NCBI GenBank assembly: GCA_047967505.1
Contig: CM106538.1
DNA length: 64,000 bases
Source: Dipteris shenzhenensis
Lineage: Eukaryota
Reading direction: 5' to 3' (one strand)
Made by a program: the position numbers and the translations under genes. The notes under the pieces were generated by a model. The model did not search any database and was not told the origin of the DNA. It was given only the letters and a program-made list of their open reading frames with translations. This document shows, piece after piece, positions 22,873-35,344 of this stretch; position 1 is the stretch's first letter, and the number at the start of each line of letters is the position of its first letter.

Positions 22873-23989
22873 GCACAATCATAGAATCCGAAATACTGAT
22901 AGACAGCCAGTACATAACTTTTCTGGCTCTCTCATGCCATCCTTTAAATGCATGCATTTCCTGTTGATTGGGAACATTAGGAAGAACTGGTTCTTCTTCA
23001 TTTCCTGTAATGAACTCCCAATAGCCTTTTCCCATAAGGAAATTTGTCATTCTAAACTTCCATGCTTGGAAGTTGTTCTTGTCAAGCTTTTCAGTGACAA
23101 TCTGTAAAAGAGAATCAGACGCCATTAGAGAACACTGCAAAATATTCTATCACTGCAAAAAACACAGCTTCTGCCTCACATGGGCAAATCTGCAAAATTG
23201 ACGAAAGTGGTATTTGACCACACAGTCACTTCCTAGTGACGATTTTGCATCAACAGGCAATAAGGATGATTTTGTAACTCCCAATATCTCTGCACACAGG
23301 CATACGATGCAATTTCTGTGGCAACTTTTCACCGCCTGCAGAGCAGTGGTTGCACAACAAAAACAGGGCCTTTTTCTCAGTGCCTGTGAAAATCTTCCGC
23401 CACCAAAACGGGCCTCGAAATGGCCTCGAATCAGAAAAACAACATATATTGCCCTCTCACCACACCGCGAAGGGCGTCTCAATCTGAGACAATGCACTCT
23501 TGCACTTTCTGGCTGTGCTACCTGCAGAGATTTACTCCCAAACTCAAAAAAGGAAAGCAACACTGGTCCTCTTACCAGGACACTGCGAACTTGGTTTGCT
23601 TTCTTGAGCTCCTTACCATGAACCAGGCTCTGATACCATGTGAAGATAGTGGGAGAGAAGGAAGGAGTCTCACTTGCGGCTTTCTCACATACACAATGGG
23701 GGAATACACACAAAGGTGGAGGCTGAAAACAGTTTTCCTCTTCTTAGTTGTGAAAGCCAAAAGAACTCTAGTACAAAGAAATAGAAAAACCCTATACGTG
23801 GGTCTCAACCAAACTCAGCTAACTAAGGTGGCATACTAACTGAGCCACGAACTAGAGTACATAAGGATAGCTGTCATACAGCTATTATTCATGGGCGGTG
23901 TACTGACCGCATCTGCAGCTAACAAGTCAATGACATAAATGCACAATGGTCACCCTGGCATATCACGAGTGGAGCACGATATCTCAACA
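22873..23989 (-). mobile_element. Truncated Ty1/copia: complete 5' LTR, PBS, leader and gag N-terminus; same family as 58698-64000
   Basis: LTR 23639-23989 is highly similar to 58698-59049. PBS TGGTATCAGAGC at 23627-23638 (minus). MASDSLLQIVTEKLDKNNFQAWKF... breaks off at ~22873. Confidence 0.9.
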
Positions 23990-24336
23990 ATCAGCCCCTT
24001 CAAACTCCTAGATATATATCTGCTCATGTCATGTTGAGCCACAAGATCTTCTTTAAACAATGTATCGCTCTTCTCTTTGGCACAAACTGGCTTGCTGACA
24101 TTATGGTCTCCGCTGATCCTTTCCTTCTCCCTATGCTTGAGTACAACATCACTTGGGATGTTACCATCTTCATTCTCATATAAGGGAGGATACTATGGTG
24201 TGGTCTCTTGGTATAGAAGCTTCTTTTTAATGTCACTTTCCCAGTGATGAATATCTCTATCACTCAGTTCGAAAGCAGTAGGAAGTGAAGAGGTGCATGT
24301 CGAAGTTTATTACCCCCAACTTCATGTCACATCTTT

Positions 24337-25900
24337 TGGTGGAGACACCGTGTATGTTTGGTATTGGATTCATCCCACCTTATTAAACGGTCTCGGGTGT
24401 ACTTGATTGCATGTTATGCCTAGTATAGGCATGTGTTTTCTGATGTGATAAAGAATATGCCTAGAAGAACTCCGTTAAAAGAGATTGCATCCCATTTAAA
24501 AGAACTAGAAGATTGTGAAGGTGATGCTCAAGCTATTTGCACGGTCATTATGATCATATCCTTTATGTTTGCACTCTGGAATATGTTGGTGAATCAACAA
24601 CACCTGTAGCAGGCACAATCATAGATTGGGGATTGTTTCATGCACTAGCAGCTTGGTGGAAGAAGAGTCGAGTCTTTGGGTAGTTTTTGACTATAATAGT
24701 GGAGTGGTGATTCTCAATGCTTTCAACTTCTTTTGCTATGCAAATGATGATGAGTACAATACCTTGAAGCTGTTATGTGCAGTTCCAATTGTGAGAAGGG
24801 TGATTCTTGAATGCATGTATACACAATGTTTTCATGGTGCTGGTTGGTCACTTATTTTTGAAGATTTTATTGAGGATCACATTGTGGAGGGTTTTCAACA
24901 AGTGGTTATGCATAATAAGTTGGTCTTGGTATATTAAGGCTTTGTGGGATCTTGTTTGGGATATTATTTGGATCTTGGTGTTTCCCTTTTGTGTTTCATC
25001 ATGGTGAAGAGTCTTATCTTCGAGATTTTGTTCGAGGATGCTGGATTTCTGGATGGTCCATGAAGGATCGAGCGGAGATTTTGCCTAATTTTCTTGAAGG
25101 TGTAGCCTTGAGTTGGCATGAGGCCTTGCGGGACTCTACCAAGGAGGACTGGGACCAAGTGGTGGCTGCAATGAAGTAGAGATTTGGGACAATGGAGTCG
25201 CCAAATTCTTTGATGTTGCAGTTGGACCAGTTCTATCAAAGAGAGGGTGAGATGGTCTCTGCATTGGCAATCCGATATGAAACTTTATGGACAAAGTATG
25301 AAAGTGCAGCTTTGTGAGCTGTGGCATCTGCATCATCGGTCCCTCAAAGTCTCGTAGGGATGGAGCACTTAAAGATGATCAAATTTGTTATGGCTTTGGA
25401 GCCTCGTCTTTGCTTGAAAGTAATGAGTAAAGATCCAACAACATACGCGGAGGCAATTCGCATTGCGACCAAGAAAGAAGCTGCTCTAAAGATCGAATCC
25501 TCTTTTGTGTCTTCAACAGCTTCAACTTCTAAGGTGGAGGTAATGGACACTCCTCAGGTACCAAAGTCTTCTGAGTTACATCATAATATCTCCCAATTGA
25601 TGGCAGAGTTTGATGATTTGAGATTGCATTTGGTTAATGCATGACAACCTAGAGCACCAAAGAGTGAGGATAGGCCTCGAGATAAGAGAGGGGTCACTTG
25701 CTGTGAATGTAATGAAAAACATCACTATCGCCCTGAGTGTCCTAGATTGAGAAAGAAATAAGAAAAACAAGTATCCTTGTTAGAAGCTTCTTTAGAAAAT
25801 GAGTAACTCTAACACACATTTAATCAGGGTAATGGATTAGGCCATGGTCAAAGATTAGGTCAGTGGGATATGGCTATAGCGCCAGGTCAACGTGGTTTGA
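24337..25900 (+). pseudogene. gag: Decayed Ty3/gypsy-type gag with a putative tRNA-Ala-type PBS
   Basis: TGGTGGAGA at 24337 follows ...TCACA. LPNFLEGVALSWHEAL...WDQVVAAMK*RF; KDPTTYAEAIRIA; degenerate knuckle CCECNEKHHYRPECP at ~25695-25745. Confidence 0.6.
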
Positions 25901-25959
25901 TGAGTGGAATACTACTAACGCATCGGTCGGTGGCATAGCTTTATGGCACCAACTCGACA

Positions 25960-28460
25960 GGATAGTGAAACACAATGTTGCCAACTAATTTTTGTGGATG
26001 TTTGGGAGATATTGAGTTTTTGTTCTGGTTTTGTTATGCCAGGGGGGTGTTACACTACTTGGACCTTGTGTAGATATGTTCAAATATGAAATTTGAAACT
26101 GCCTTACCATTTTTTGCGTAGAGGGCGATAGCTTCAGCCCACTTAGTGACATACTGAGTGGCTACCAAAAGATACTTCTTTTTGCGGCAGTCATGGGCAG
26201 GGGCCCGATAAAATCTATCTCCCACTTCTAAAATGGATGGATGGACATCACTGGGTGATGTTGTCCAGGACGCAAATCCTTCCTACCAAAGAGTTGGCAT
26301 GGTTCACAAGTTTTGCAATGCATAGTGACATCTTTGAACAAGGTTGGCCAATAGTACCCAACATGTAAAATCTTCTTAGCTGTATAGTCACTGGCATAGT
26401 GGCCTCCACAAAATCCATCATGATAATGCTTCATTACCTTAGGTACTTCATCTGCATCAATAGCCCGTCTTAGTACCCCATCCATGCCTTGACGGTACAA
26501 CACCCCATCAAAGAGGGTGTAGTGCCTACTATCTCCGCGGATCTTCTTTCTCTCATAGCTAGTACTTTCTGGAGCAAAGGAGAAAGTAGTTAGAAACTTG
26601 TAGATACCGCCATACCATGGATCCCCAACTTCTATGGCCGCTACAAGGGTTACATCAAGGCACTCCTCTAAATCAATCAAAGCATTCTTCAAGTTGCAAC
26701 AACCCCCTTTTAAAATTTTGAAAGAAAAATCATATTCTTGTAAAATGGCCAACCATTTGGCCAACCAGCCCATGGGATTTGGTGATTGAAGAACCTGCTT
26801 TGCAAGACCAGTGCTAGTGAGTATAATGAAGGACTTTCTAGCCACATAATGCTTAAATTTCTCAATGCAGAAAACCAAAGACAAGGCATGCTTGTCAGCC
26901 TTTGAGTAGCATCGTTCGGTGTCGAGCAATTGTCGAGAAGCAAATCGAATGGGATACATGAACCGATCCTCCCCTTGCTAGAGAAGAATACCTGCCAGAG
27001 TGTGCTCACCAAACGCAGGATTGATATAGAAAGTCTTTTACCAATCTGGATTGCGTAGAATGGGTTCTGAAGCCAGAGCATTCTCGATTTGTGCAAACCC
27101 ATGATCACAATCCTCATCCCAAGAGAAATCAACCCCATCTTTTAATAGCATGGTCATGGGTCATGTCAAAGCAGCATATTGATCAATGAAGCGGCGATAG
27201 TATCCTACTAGATTGACAAATGAGTGTACCTAACGTTTGGTTGTTGGCGGGGAGGATGGATTCTACCTTCTCGGGGTCAGGCTTGACACCCTCGGATGAG
27301 ACAATATGTCCCAGTAACCTCCCTTGAGTGGCTCCAATGGTGCATTCCTCCAGGTTGAGACTGCCATTTGTATCATTGACCCTTTGGAAGGCCAACGTAA
27401 CCTTCATGAGGTGCTCCTTACGTGATGAGAATATACAAAAATCATCTAAAAACACCTCCAAGAAATCCCCCAAATAAGGAGAAAACACCATTTGCATAAA
27501 TCTTTGAAAGGTCGTAGGAGCATTGGTGAGGCCAAATGGCATTACTTTGAATGCAAATGTCCCCCAGGGTGTGGCAAATGTGGTTTTAAGCACATCTTCT
27601 TCGGCAATTCTGATTTGATAAAACCCAGAGTAACCATCACAGAAAATATACATCTCATGACCACTTACCTTCTCAAGAATGAGGTCTTGAAAGGGAAGAA
27701 AATGATGGTCCCTCTTGGTAGCTGCATTGAGTTTCTTATAGTCGATGCAGACCCGCCACTTGTTGTTTTTCTTTGGGGTGACTACCACTGGTGAAACCCA
27801 TTCAGTATTGTGAACCGGAACAATAAACCCAGCTTCTACAAGCTTCTAAAACTTCGAGCGCAAAGCATCGGTCTGTAGGGGCCCTAATCTCTGATACTTC
27901 TGAGCCACAGGCTTCGTATCAGGCCTTAGCTCTATCTTGTGCTCTATGGCAGCCACATGGCGAAGGTGGTGGTAGCTAGTTGCAAAGAGGTCAGGGAAAT
28001 CTTTGAACATTTCTAGGAACTCATCTTTCTCACTTGGAGTGAGGTCTGGGGAAAGCATAGATTCAAGCTGTTGAGGACTAGCTGTTACCTTTTCTGTAGG
28101 TGGCGGGGTCGGAGACACCCCCATCATATAAACTTCCTCATCTAAGAACTCCTCCCCCCCGTCTGATTCTTCCATTGATTCAGACACCGAGGATGAGAGA
28201 GTATCACTCTCTTGCTCCTCTTCTTCTTCTGCTTCTGAGTTAGACCCCCCAGGTGGTTGTTGCAAGAATTGAGGGGGTTGTGGAGGGACAATCTTCTTTG
28301 AAACAGGATCAAACTGAACTTTATCAAACTTTTGAGCAATCTCATTTGCTAGCACCATAGTTTCTGGATTCTCCCATTTAAGCTTGAGGCGGAATTCATC
28401 ACTTGCTCCTGCTACAAGGTAGGCCAGCACATGCTGACATGCTTTCACCATACTCATGAG
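25960..28460 (-). pseudogene. pol: Ty3/gypsy pol fragment (RT, RNase H, integrase zinc finger and start of core)
   Basis: WRVCIDYKKLN, DGYSGFYQI, MPFGLTNAPTTFQR, FLDD; PIRFASRQL; H..GGH...YYWPTLFKD...CKTCEPCQ. Confidence 0.9.
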
Positions 28461-28709
28461 GCCTTACATATTGATTGTATACCTTTCTCAAAAGTTCCAC
28501 ATGTTGCGGGGGTATGAGATCAATAGAGATGTAGGAGATCATTAGATGGAAATGTAGCCGAATAGTCTTCTCACATTGCTTTGTTAGCTTAGTAAATTAA
28601 GAGAATGGGGGGTCTGACATACCAGCCTAGCTACCTGTTGAGTGTAGTCTAAAACAATCTAAGATTGTGATGTAGGAGAGAGAGAGAGAGAGAGAGATGA
28701 ATTCCAATG

Positions 28710-28956
28710 CTCGGGGGGGTCACTATGTATAAACCCTCTATATCACGTGCGTTCAAGGCCTATATTTAAAGTCCCTTATCTGTAAAAAATTTCATTAATA
28801 AAATGTACCCCTTTTCTATACAAATCTGTAAATTTTTTCCAAAACTATTTTAAATAGTCCCTTATGTATATTTATTTCTGTAAATTTTAGAAATAAAAAA
28901 AATCCTTCTGTTGAACTCACGTGATAGGGTTACATATGATGAGTGACCCCCCCGAG
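28710..28956 (+). mobile_element. MITE copy 2 (247 bp; TSD TTCCAATG)
   Basis: Same TIRs and body as 1468-1717; TSD at 28702-28709 and 28957-28964. Confidence 0.95.
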
Positions 28957-29006
28957 TTCCAATGATGGACAAGGAATGAGAAAGAGTGCACCTCTATGTC
29001 TATCTA

Positions 29007-29072
29007 TGTGTGTGTGTGTGCGTGCACAAGTGTGCATGCTTGCGTGCATGTGTGTGTGTGTGTGCGAGTGCA

Positions 29073-29149
<77 letters not shown>
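29007..29149. repeat. (TG)n microsatellite
   Basis: Long TG tract. Confidence 0.95.
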
Positions 29150-29153
<4 letters not shown>

Positions 29154-30659
29154 AGCCAGAAAAGAAATCAGGACCAGAGGCTAGAGGCTAAGCATGGCGA
29201 CGCTCGAGGGCCATAGAGGAAAGGAGAACGTGAGGGCGAAACGTTATCATGGGAGGGGAAAAGGAATTAGAAGGGGAGGGAATGAAGAGGGAGATTATGA
29301 CACAAGGGGAAAGGGAGAGGGGGAAGAGAAGCATGTACATGATGGGAGGAGGAATGTAAAGATGGAGACATCAAGGGAAGAGGACCATGCTTTATTTTGA
29401 AAGGAAGGGAAGGGAGAAATCAAAGTACTAGCTATTTTGAAAGGAAGGGAAGGGAGAAATCAAAGTACTAGCTAGGTGGCTTTACAAGGGGACGAGCATT
29501 TTCTAAGCGAAATCTTCCGAGCATCCGAGCGAAGGAAAAAAAAAGCTTCCAACTATGCATAAATATGGCAAAAATCGATCAAAAGAAAACATAGTTTCAC
29601 TCAGAAATATGCAAAGTATTATAGCAATGCCTATTTTATACAAAAATCTTTAGGTGAATCTTTAGGAGTGGTGAGAGCATAATGGGATGGATTTTGAAGA
29701 AACCCACATGTAGAGTAGACTTCTCTATGAAAATTCCCTTATGATCCTTCTTACAACTTTTACTTAATAGGGGGTGACATTGAAAACCCTCTCTTAACCT
29801 ATCTTCATGAAAGGTTTTCTTCAAAGAAAACTCATTGAAGCTAGCCATCTAGGTAGTTTCACCAATGAAACCCCTTTGAAGCAGGTCTCCCAAGGTAGTT
29901 TCGCTAGCGAAACTACCTTGGACAGCACTTTTAAAAGTGACATAACTTTCATATCCAATGTCCAAATATAATCATTCAACCACTCAAATTGATTGGAACA
30001 CCCCCTTTGAGCACATCTATGGAGTTATATTTTGGAAAATCTTGCATATATAGTATTAAATATTACATGTATTTTATGAGAGTGATATATAAGCCCAAGT
30101 TAATACTTATTTATAGTACTTTAAACTTCTTTAGAAACATGTCCATAAATATCTTGTTATTTATGCTATAAAAACACTAAAAAGATATTGCCATATGATA
30201 TAAATGTGTTAATAAGTAATTATCTATGCATAGTATTATTACATTGAGAGTGATTATGAGGGATGTTTCTTAAAGGAATCAACACTTTTTTAAGGTAATA
30301 ATAGGGGTACAAGGGGATGTCTCTAAATAAGAAATTTATGTTGTGTAAAAATGAATGAGTGACTAGTCTGTATATTTTTATGATAAAGAGGCCTAGTTCT
30401 AGTGAAAGTAAAAGTGTAAAAACCATATTTCCTAAAGAAATACATTTTTTTAAATCTCTTGAAAAACACGCTCGGAAAAACCTGCTCATAGGTTTTTGCT
30501 CGTAAAATTGACGCATCCGCTTTACAAGAATGAGCATGCCTCATCAAGGAATAGCCCCCTCCTTTTATAGCCAAGAGAGAGGGTCTCTCCCAATAAATGC
30601 ATCCTCCCACATGCATGGTGTGTGTGGAAGAGTCTCCCATGTGGGCTACGCAGTTATGC

Positions 30660-31961
30660 ACTCTCAATTGTGTGCGATAACGCTAAATGCCATGTTGAGG
30701 GTATAGGTATGGTTTCATTTGTTTCTGTAAATGGAGATGTTAAGAAACTATCTAATGTATTGTATGTTCCACAAATTAAGAGAAATTTGCCATCAGTTTC
30801 TTCCATAACTGACCTTGACCATGAGGTGAGGTTCAACAAGACAGGAGCAAAAATTTTGGATAGTGCAGGCAATCTTGTTGGCACAAGAGTAAGGAGGAAC
30901 AACCTGTATGAGCTAAGTGCTCTTACAGCCACTGCTGGAGTGGGCACAAGCAGACTTTGGCATGAAAGATTTGGCCACATCAGATTTGCAGTGCTGAAGG
31001 AGATGCAGAAGCAAGGTATGGTTGCTCACTTACCTACAATCACAGAAATCAAAGAACCATGTGAAGCTTGCATGATGGGCAAGCAACAAAGAAAGGCATT
31101 CCCACAAGAAAGCAAGAATAGAGCAAACGCTCCTCTAGAGTTGGTGCATGTTGACCTGTGCGGTAAGATGCCTACACAGGCCTTGGGGGGATCTTCCTAT
31201 TTTTTATTGATTGTCGACGACTATAGTAGGAAGTGTACTTTCTTCGCGAAAAGGCTCAAGCTTTTGGTAAATTTAAAGAATGGCTACAGCTTGTTGAAAA
31301 TGAAACAAGGAGAAAAGTGAAGAAAATCAGATTGGGTGGTGGTGGTGACTTTGTTTCTACAGAGTTTGGAGATTTCTGCAAGAGCAAAGGGATCAAGCGA
31401 CAAATGACAAAACCACATATGCCTCAGCAAAATTCAGTTGTTAAATGCCGAATGCAGACCACAGTGGAGATGGGGAGGTGTATGTTGAAAGGTGCTGGAC
31501 TGCCAAACCACTTTTGGGCTGAGGCTGTCAATACTGTGGTTTACATCCTTAATCGCAGCTATACAAAGGCACTCAAAGGTAAAACACCACATGAGGCTTA
31601 CAACGGTAAGAAGCTATCTATCTCCCACTTCAAAACATTTGGGTGTGAATGCTATGTGCATGTACCAGACAAAGAGAGAAACAAGCTACAACCAAAAAGC
31701 ACCAAATATATCTTCTTAGGCTATTGTGATGAGAAGAAAGCCTATAAGTTGTATGACCAAGAGGCAAAGAAGATCATAGCGAGCTGCGATGTGGTGTTCA
31801 GGGAGCAGCCACATGCAGTGGAGGCAGAGAAGAGCTCTTCCACTTTATCATCAAGTGAAGAGGTAATTCACTATGGACCTGTCCCAAGAGCTATAAAGGA
31901 GGAGGAAATATCAGATGATGAAGATATAAGTCACGCATTTGGCAACACTAAAACCTGTTGA
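30660..31961 (+). pseudogene. Ty1/copia fragment (GAG-pre-integrase and integrase), frameshifted and truncated
   Basis: LWHERFGH, CEACMMGKQQR, LELVHVDLCG, VDDYSRK, FWAEAVNT, FGCECYVHVP; frameshift at ~31240. Confidence 0.88.
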
Positions 31962-32285
31962 GGGACAACTTAAGTCCATGGTGAATGAGGAAACCAAAAT
32001 TCTAGGAACATTTATGCCATATTTGGAAGTGGAAATCCTAATAGTACAACTTACAGACTAGATGACAAGTTTGTGGGCTCAGATTCAAAATAGGCTGGTA
32101 CATTTTGAAAAACAACTAGTGCAAGTGTGGGATTATCAAAAAGAAGCTACATTGAGTTTTCTTTTGAGAAAGTAGGTAGACGAGTTGCAAAAAGAGGTTT
32201 ATCACGGTCTTAAATCTAAGATTCATGTAGTGGAAAGCTCAAGCCTAACAGATTCTTTGATGGAATAAGATACACATTTGGAAAC

Positions 32286-32533
32286 CTCGTGGGGGTCACT
32301 CATCATATGTAACCCTATCACGTGAGTTCAACAGAAGGATATTTTTTATTCCTAAAATTTACAGAAATAAATATACATAAGGGACTATTTAAAATAGTTT
32401 TGGAAAAAATTTACAGATTTGTATAGAAAAGGGGTACATTTTATTAATGAAAAAATTTACAGATAAGGGATTTTAAATATAGGCCTTGAACGCACGTGAT
32501 ATAGAGGGTTTATACATAGTGACCCCCCCCGAG
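32286..32533 (-). mobile_element. MITE copy 3 (248 bp, reverse orientation; TSD TTGGAAAC)
   Basis: Reverse complement of copies 1 and 2; TSD at 32278-32285 and 32534-32541. Confidence 0.95.
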
Positions 32534-33199
32534 TTGGAAACTAAGGAGGGACAATTCTCTTCAGCCCGGTTATGTTTACCATTTAGGACTTTACTGTCAC
32601 TAGCATTTAGTAATAAAAATGTTAGTTTACCTAATGTGCTATCAGACCTTGCTGATCAATAGAATTCAGTAACTCAAGATAATTTGCTAATTGAGGATAG
32701 AAAGGTAGAAATATTAACCACGGGATTTCATAGTACTAAATCAATTGAGTCTCACACTCGGGGGTTTGAAGCGACCAATTTGCAACTTGCAACAATTAGA
32801 TTATGGATACTTTGATTGATAAAATAATTGAACAAATTATTGAACCTATGATTGTTGATGATGGATACATTGAGATCGTACATAGACCCATAACTCAATT
32901 GGTTTCAATTTTTGAATGTCAGGAAGAGGAGTAGAATATTGCAGACAACATAGACCTACAGGATCATCTGGTTATTGAATCTGCTTTGAATGAACCAATT
33001 GTTTATTCATGGTGGCAGATGTTCTCCCTTCAAACTTCGAGGAGTGGGAACTAGTTGAATCATTCATAGGCAAGTTCATTGCAATTCATGAGGATTTAGG
33101 TAAGCAAATGCAGAGAAGTTGGACTCCTTGCAAATGAAGAATGTGTATTGGCATAATGCAACATACATCACTCCAACGACATCATCAAGCTATGGCCGT

Positions 33200-33890
33200 C
33201 TGTGAACCATTGCACCACCACAACTTCAAGACATGGATTGTAGCAATGTGGACTTGAGGACATTACAATTGTACAAGGACAAGATTGCAAAGGATGTGGA
33301 CATGGCCATGAAGTTTACATTTGGATCCAAATGGGCAAGGTTATCTTGGTTTATGCCTCTGCACATTTTTGCTTCTTTGTTTCAGAATATACATATGCAT
33401 AGAACAAAAACTATGTGGTCCTACAAGCGTGTAGATGAAAATTCTCTTGAAGATTTACTTGGTATGAATTGGGGAACCAGATCAGGTGACGAAAAGGGTG
33501 ATGTGTTTCAATGTCATGCATGTAAAGACAATGTGTTATTAGATACCATTTGTCATGCCAAATGTTGTATTTAGCTTTTCAATATAGGTGGTGGAAGAAA
33601 ACAAATGGCCGGTGGCTTCCCCTAGACTCTAATGATGAAGACAATACGGGGGTACGTTTATCTATTGATGTTGAAGAGGGAGATGTCAAGAATGTGAATG
33701 TCACATTGCAATGGACTCTAAGGGATGTGCAAGAGAACACCTATTGGCCATGGAGGATGGCATGTCAGAGTCCTTCTGCTTTATCTTAAATGGTGGTAAG
33801 ATCAACCGCCGTGTGGAGAAGTGCATGCATAGTGCCAATTTCATTCCTCCAACTTTGAAGATTGCTGGCAATGTGTTCGACTAGTGCAAC
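33200..33890 (+). pseudogene. Decayed gene of unknown function, possibly with a ubiquitin-like C-terminus
   Basis: Overlapping frameshifted ORFs 33233..33574 and 33550..33789; ...VNVTLQWTLRDVQE / SFCFILNGGKINRRVE pattern. Confidence 0.35.
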
Positions 33891-35344
33891 ATTTAATTTT
33901 TTGTCTATCAAATCCTAGTTATTGCTTCAAAAGATGATGGACAATTAAATTAAAAGTTATTTCTTTTAATGTTTTCTCTTTTCAGTTCATGGTAAATGTT
34001 TTTCAAAAAATATGGGGATTTTATGATTAATTTTAATTTTTAGGGTTTTGATATATATTAAGCCCTGGGTTAGAGCCCTTTTTACATCACATTCTCACTT
34101 TCACGTTTAGAGAGCCATAGAAACTCCCACCCTCAAAAGTTACTCCCTCCGTCAGCTGCTATTTGCCATGGAGTCAGCTAGAACTACGTTCCATGACTTC
34201 AATTCATGAACTGCATTTGTAGATCCTGAGGAAGAGCTAATTCTAGTGTTTGATAGGACTTTAGACGTCCTAGGCACATATATGCGAGCCAAGGGTTACT
34301 TCTTAGATCTCATCCTCTACATGTAAGATAATTTCTCATATTTTGGTTATACACTTGACCACTCTTCAAAGAGATGGGTTCCCATTGATTACATAAAGTA
34401 TCTGTTCCTAGAGGAACCCAAGTTTGTAAAGCGTTTGGCCCGCTTATGTGACAGCCTTACAGAGGAAGGGTTTAGGACTATTGAAGTTAAAGACATCCTA
34501 GGCATGGGGATCACAGGAAATACAAGCACAAAATTCCTTTCATGGGAGATGACATTCATCTTCCTCCTCCAAGAAGGAAATTTAGAGGAAGAAGTCTCAT
34601 CATCTAGCACCCCCTCTAGTAGAACTATTGATCTACTCGTCCCTCGACTAGACTTGGACATGTACATGGAAGAGAGTCTTGATGATGCAATAGAGGAGAT
34701 GGAAGTAGCTCAAGCATTGAGCCTACTTCAAGAGCCCCTAGTAGAGCAAGAATTTGCATCGGAGACCACTGACCGAGAATCAAAATTATGCTCCTTGTCC
34801 CCCCTCATAATCGATGGAGAAGAGTACGTATTCCTCCATGACATAGAGGTTCTTTTTGGACTACAAGAGGATGAGACACTCGGAGTCCTATCTAGGTTCG
34901 ATGTTGACACAAGTGTCAAAGATCCCGGGGTTTTAGGTTCCGAAGACCAGACAATGGAAGAGTTTCTCTTGATGACGCTGGTTTCAATGAGGGATGCAGA
35001 CATGTCCATATATGATGCACATCCCTCTAATGCAGAAGCTTCCACCTCTAACATAGGTCAAGAGAAACTGTCCACCTCCCAAATGGAACATCAGCACCTA
35101 GTTCCATCAACATTGCAAAAGAGGAAGGGATAGAAGCCGACGACACTGTAGTGGTAAGTTCGAATAATATTTTTTATTTTGATGTTCTTTTGGTATAATT
35201 CGTTTTGTCAATCTTCTAATGTTTATTGAATTGTTGCAAGACACGTTTAAGCTTGATGAATTCTCATCTCGATGGGGTAATGTTCATAGCGCATTTGGGC
35301 GAGATCATTCTTTGGCCCATTACCTTGGCAATGTCGCAGAGCAC

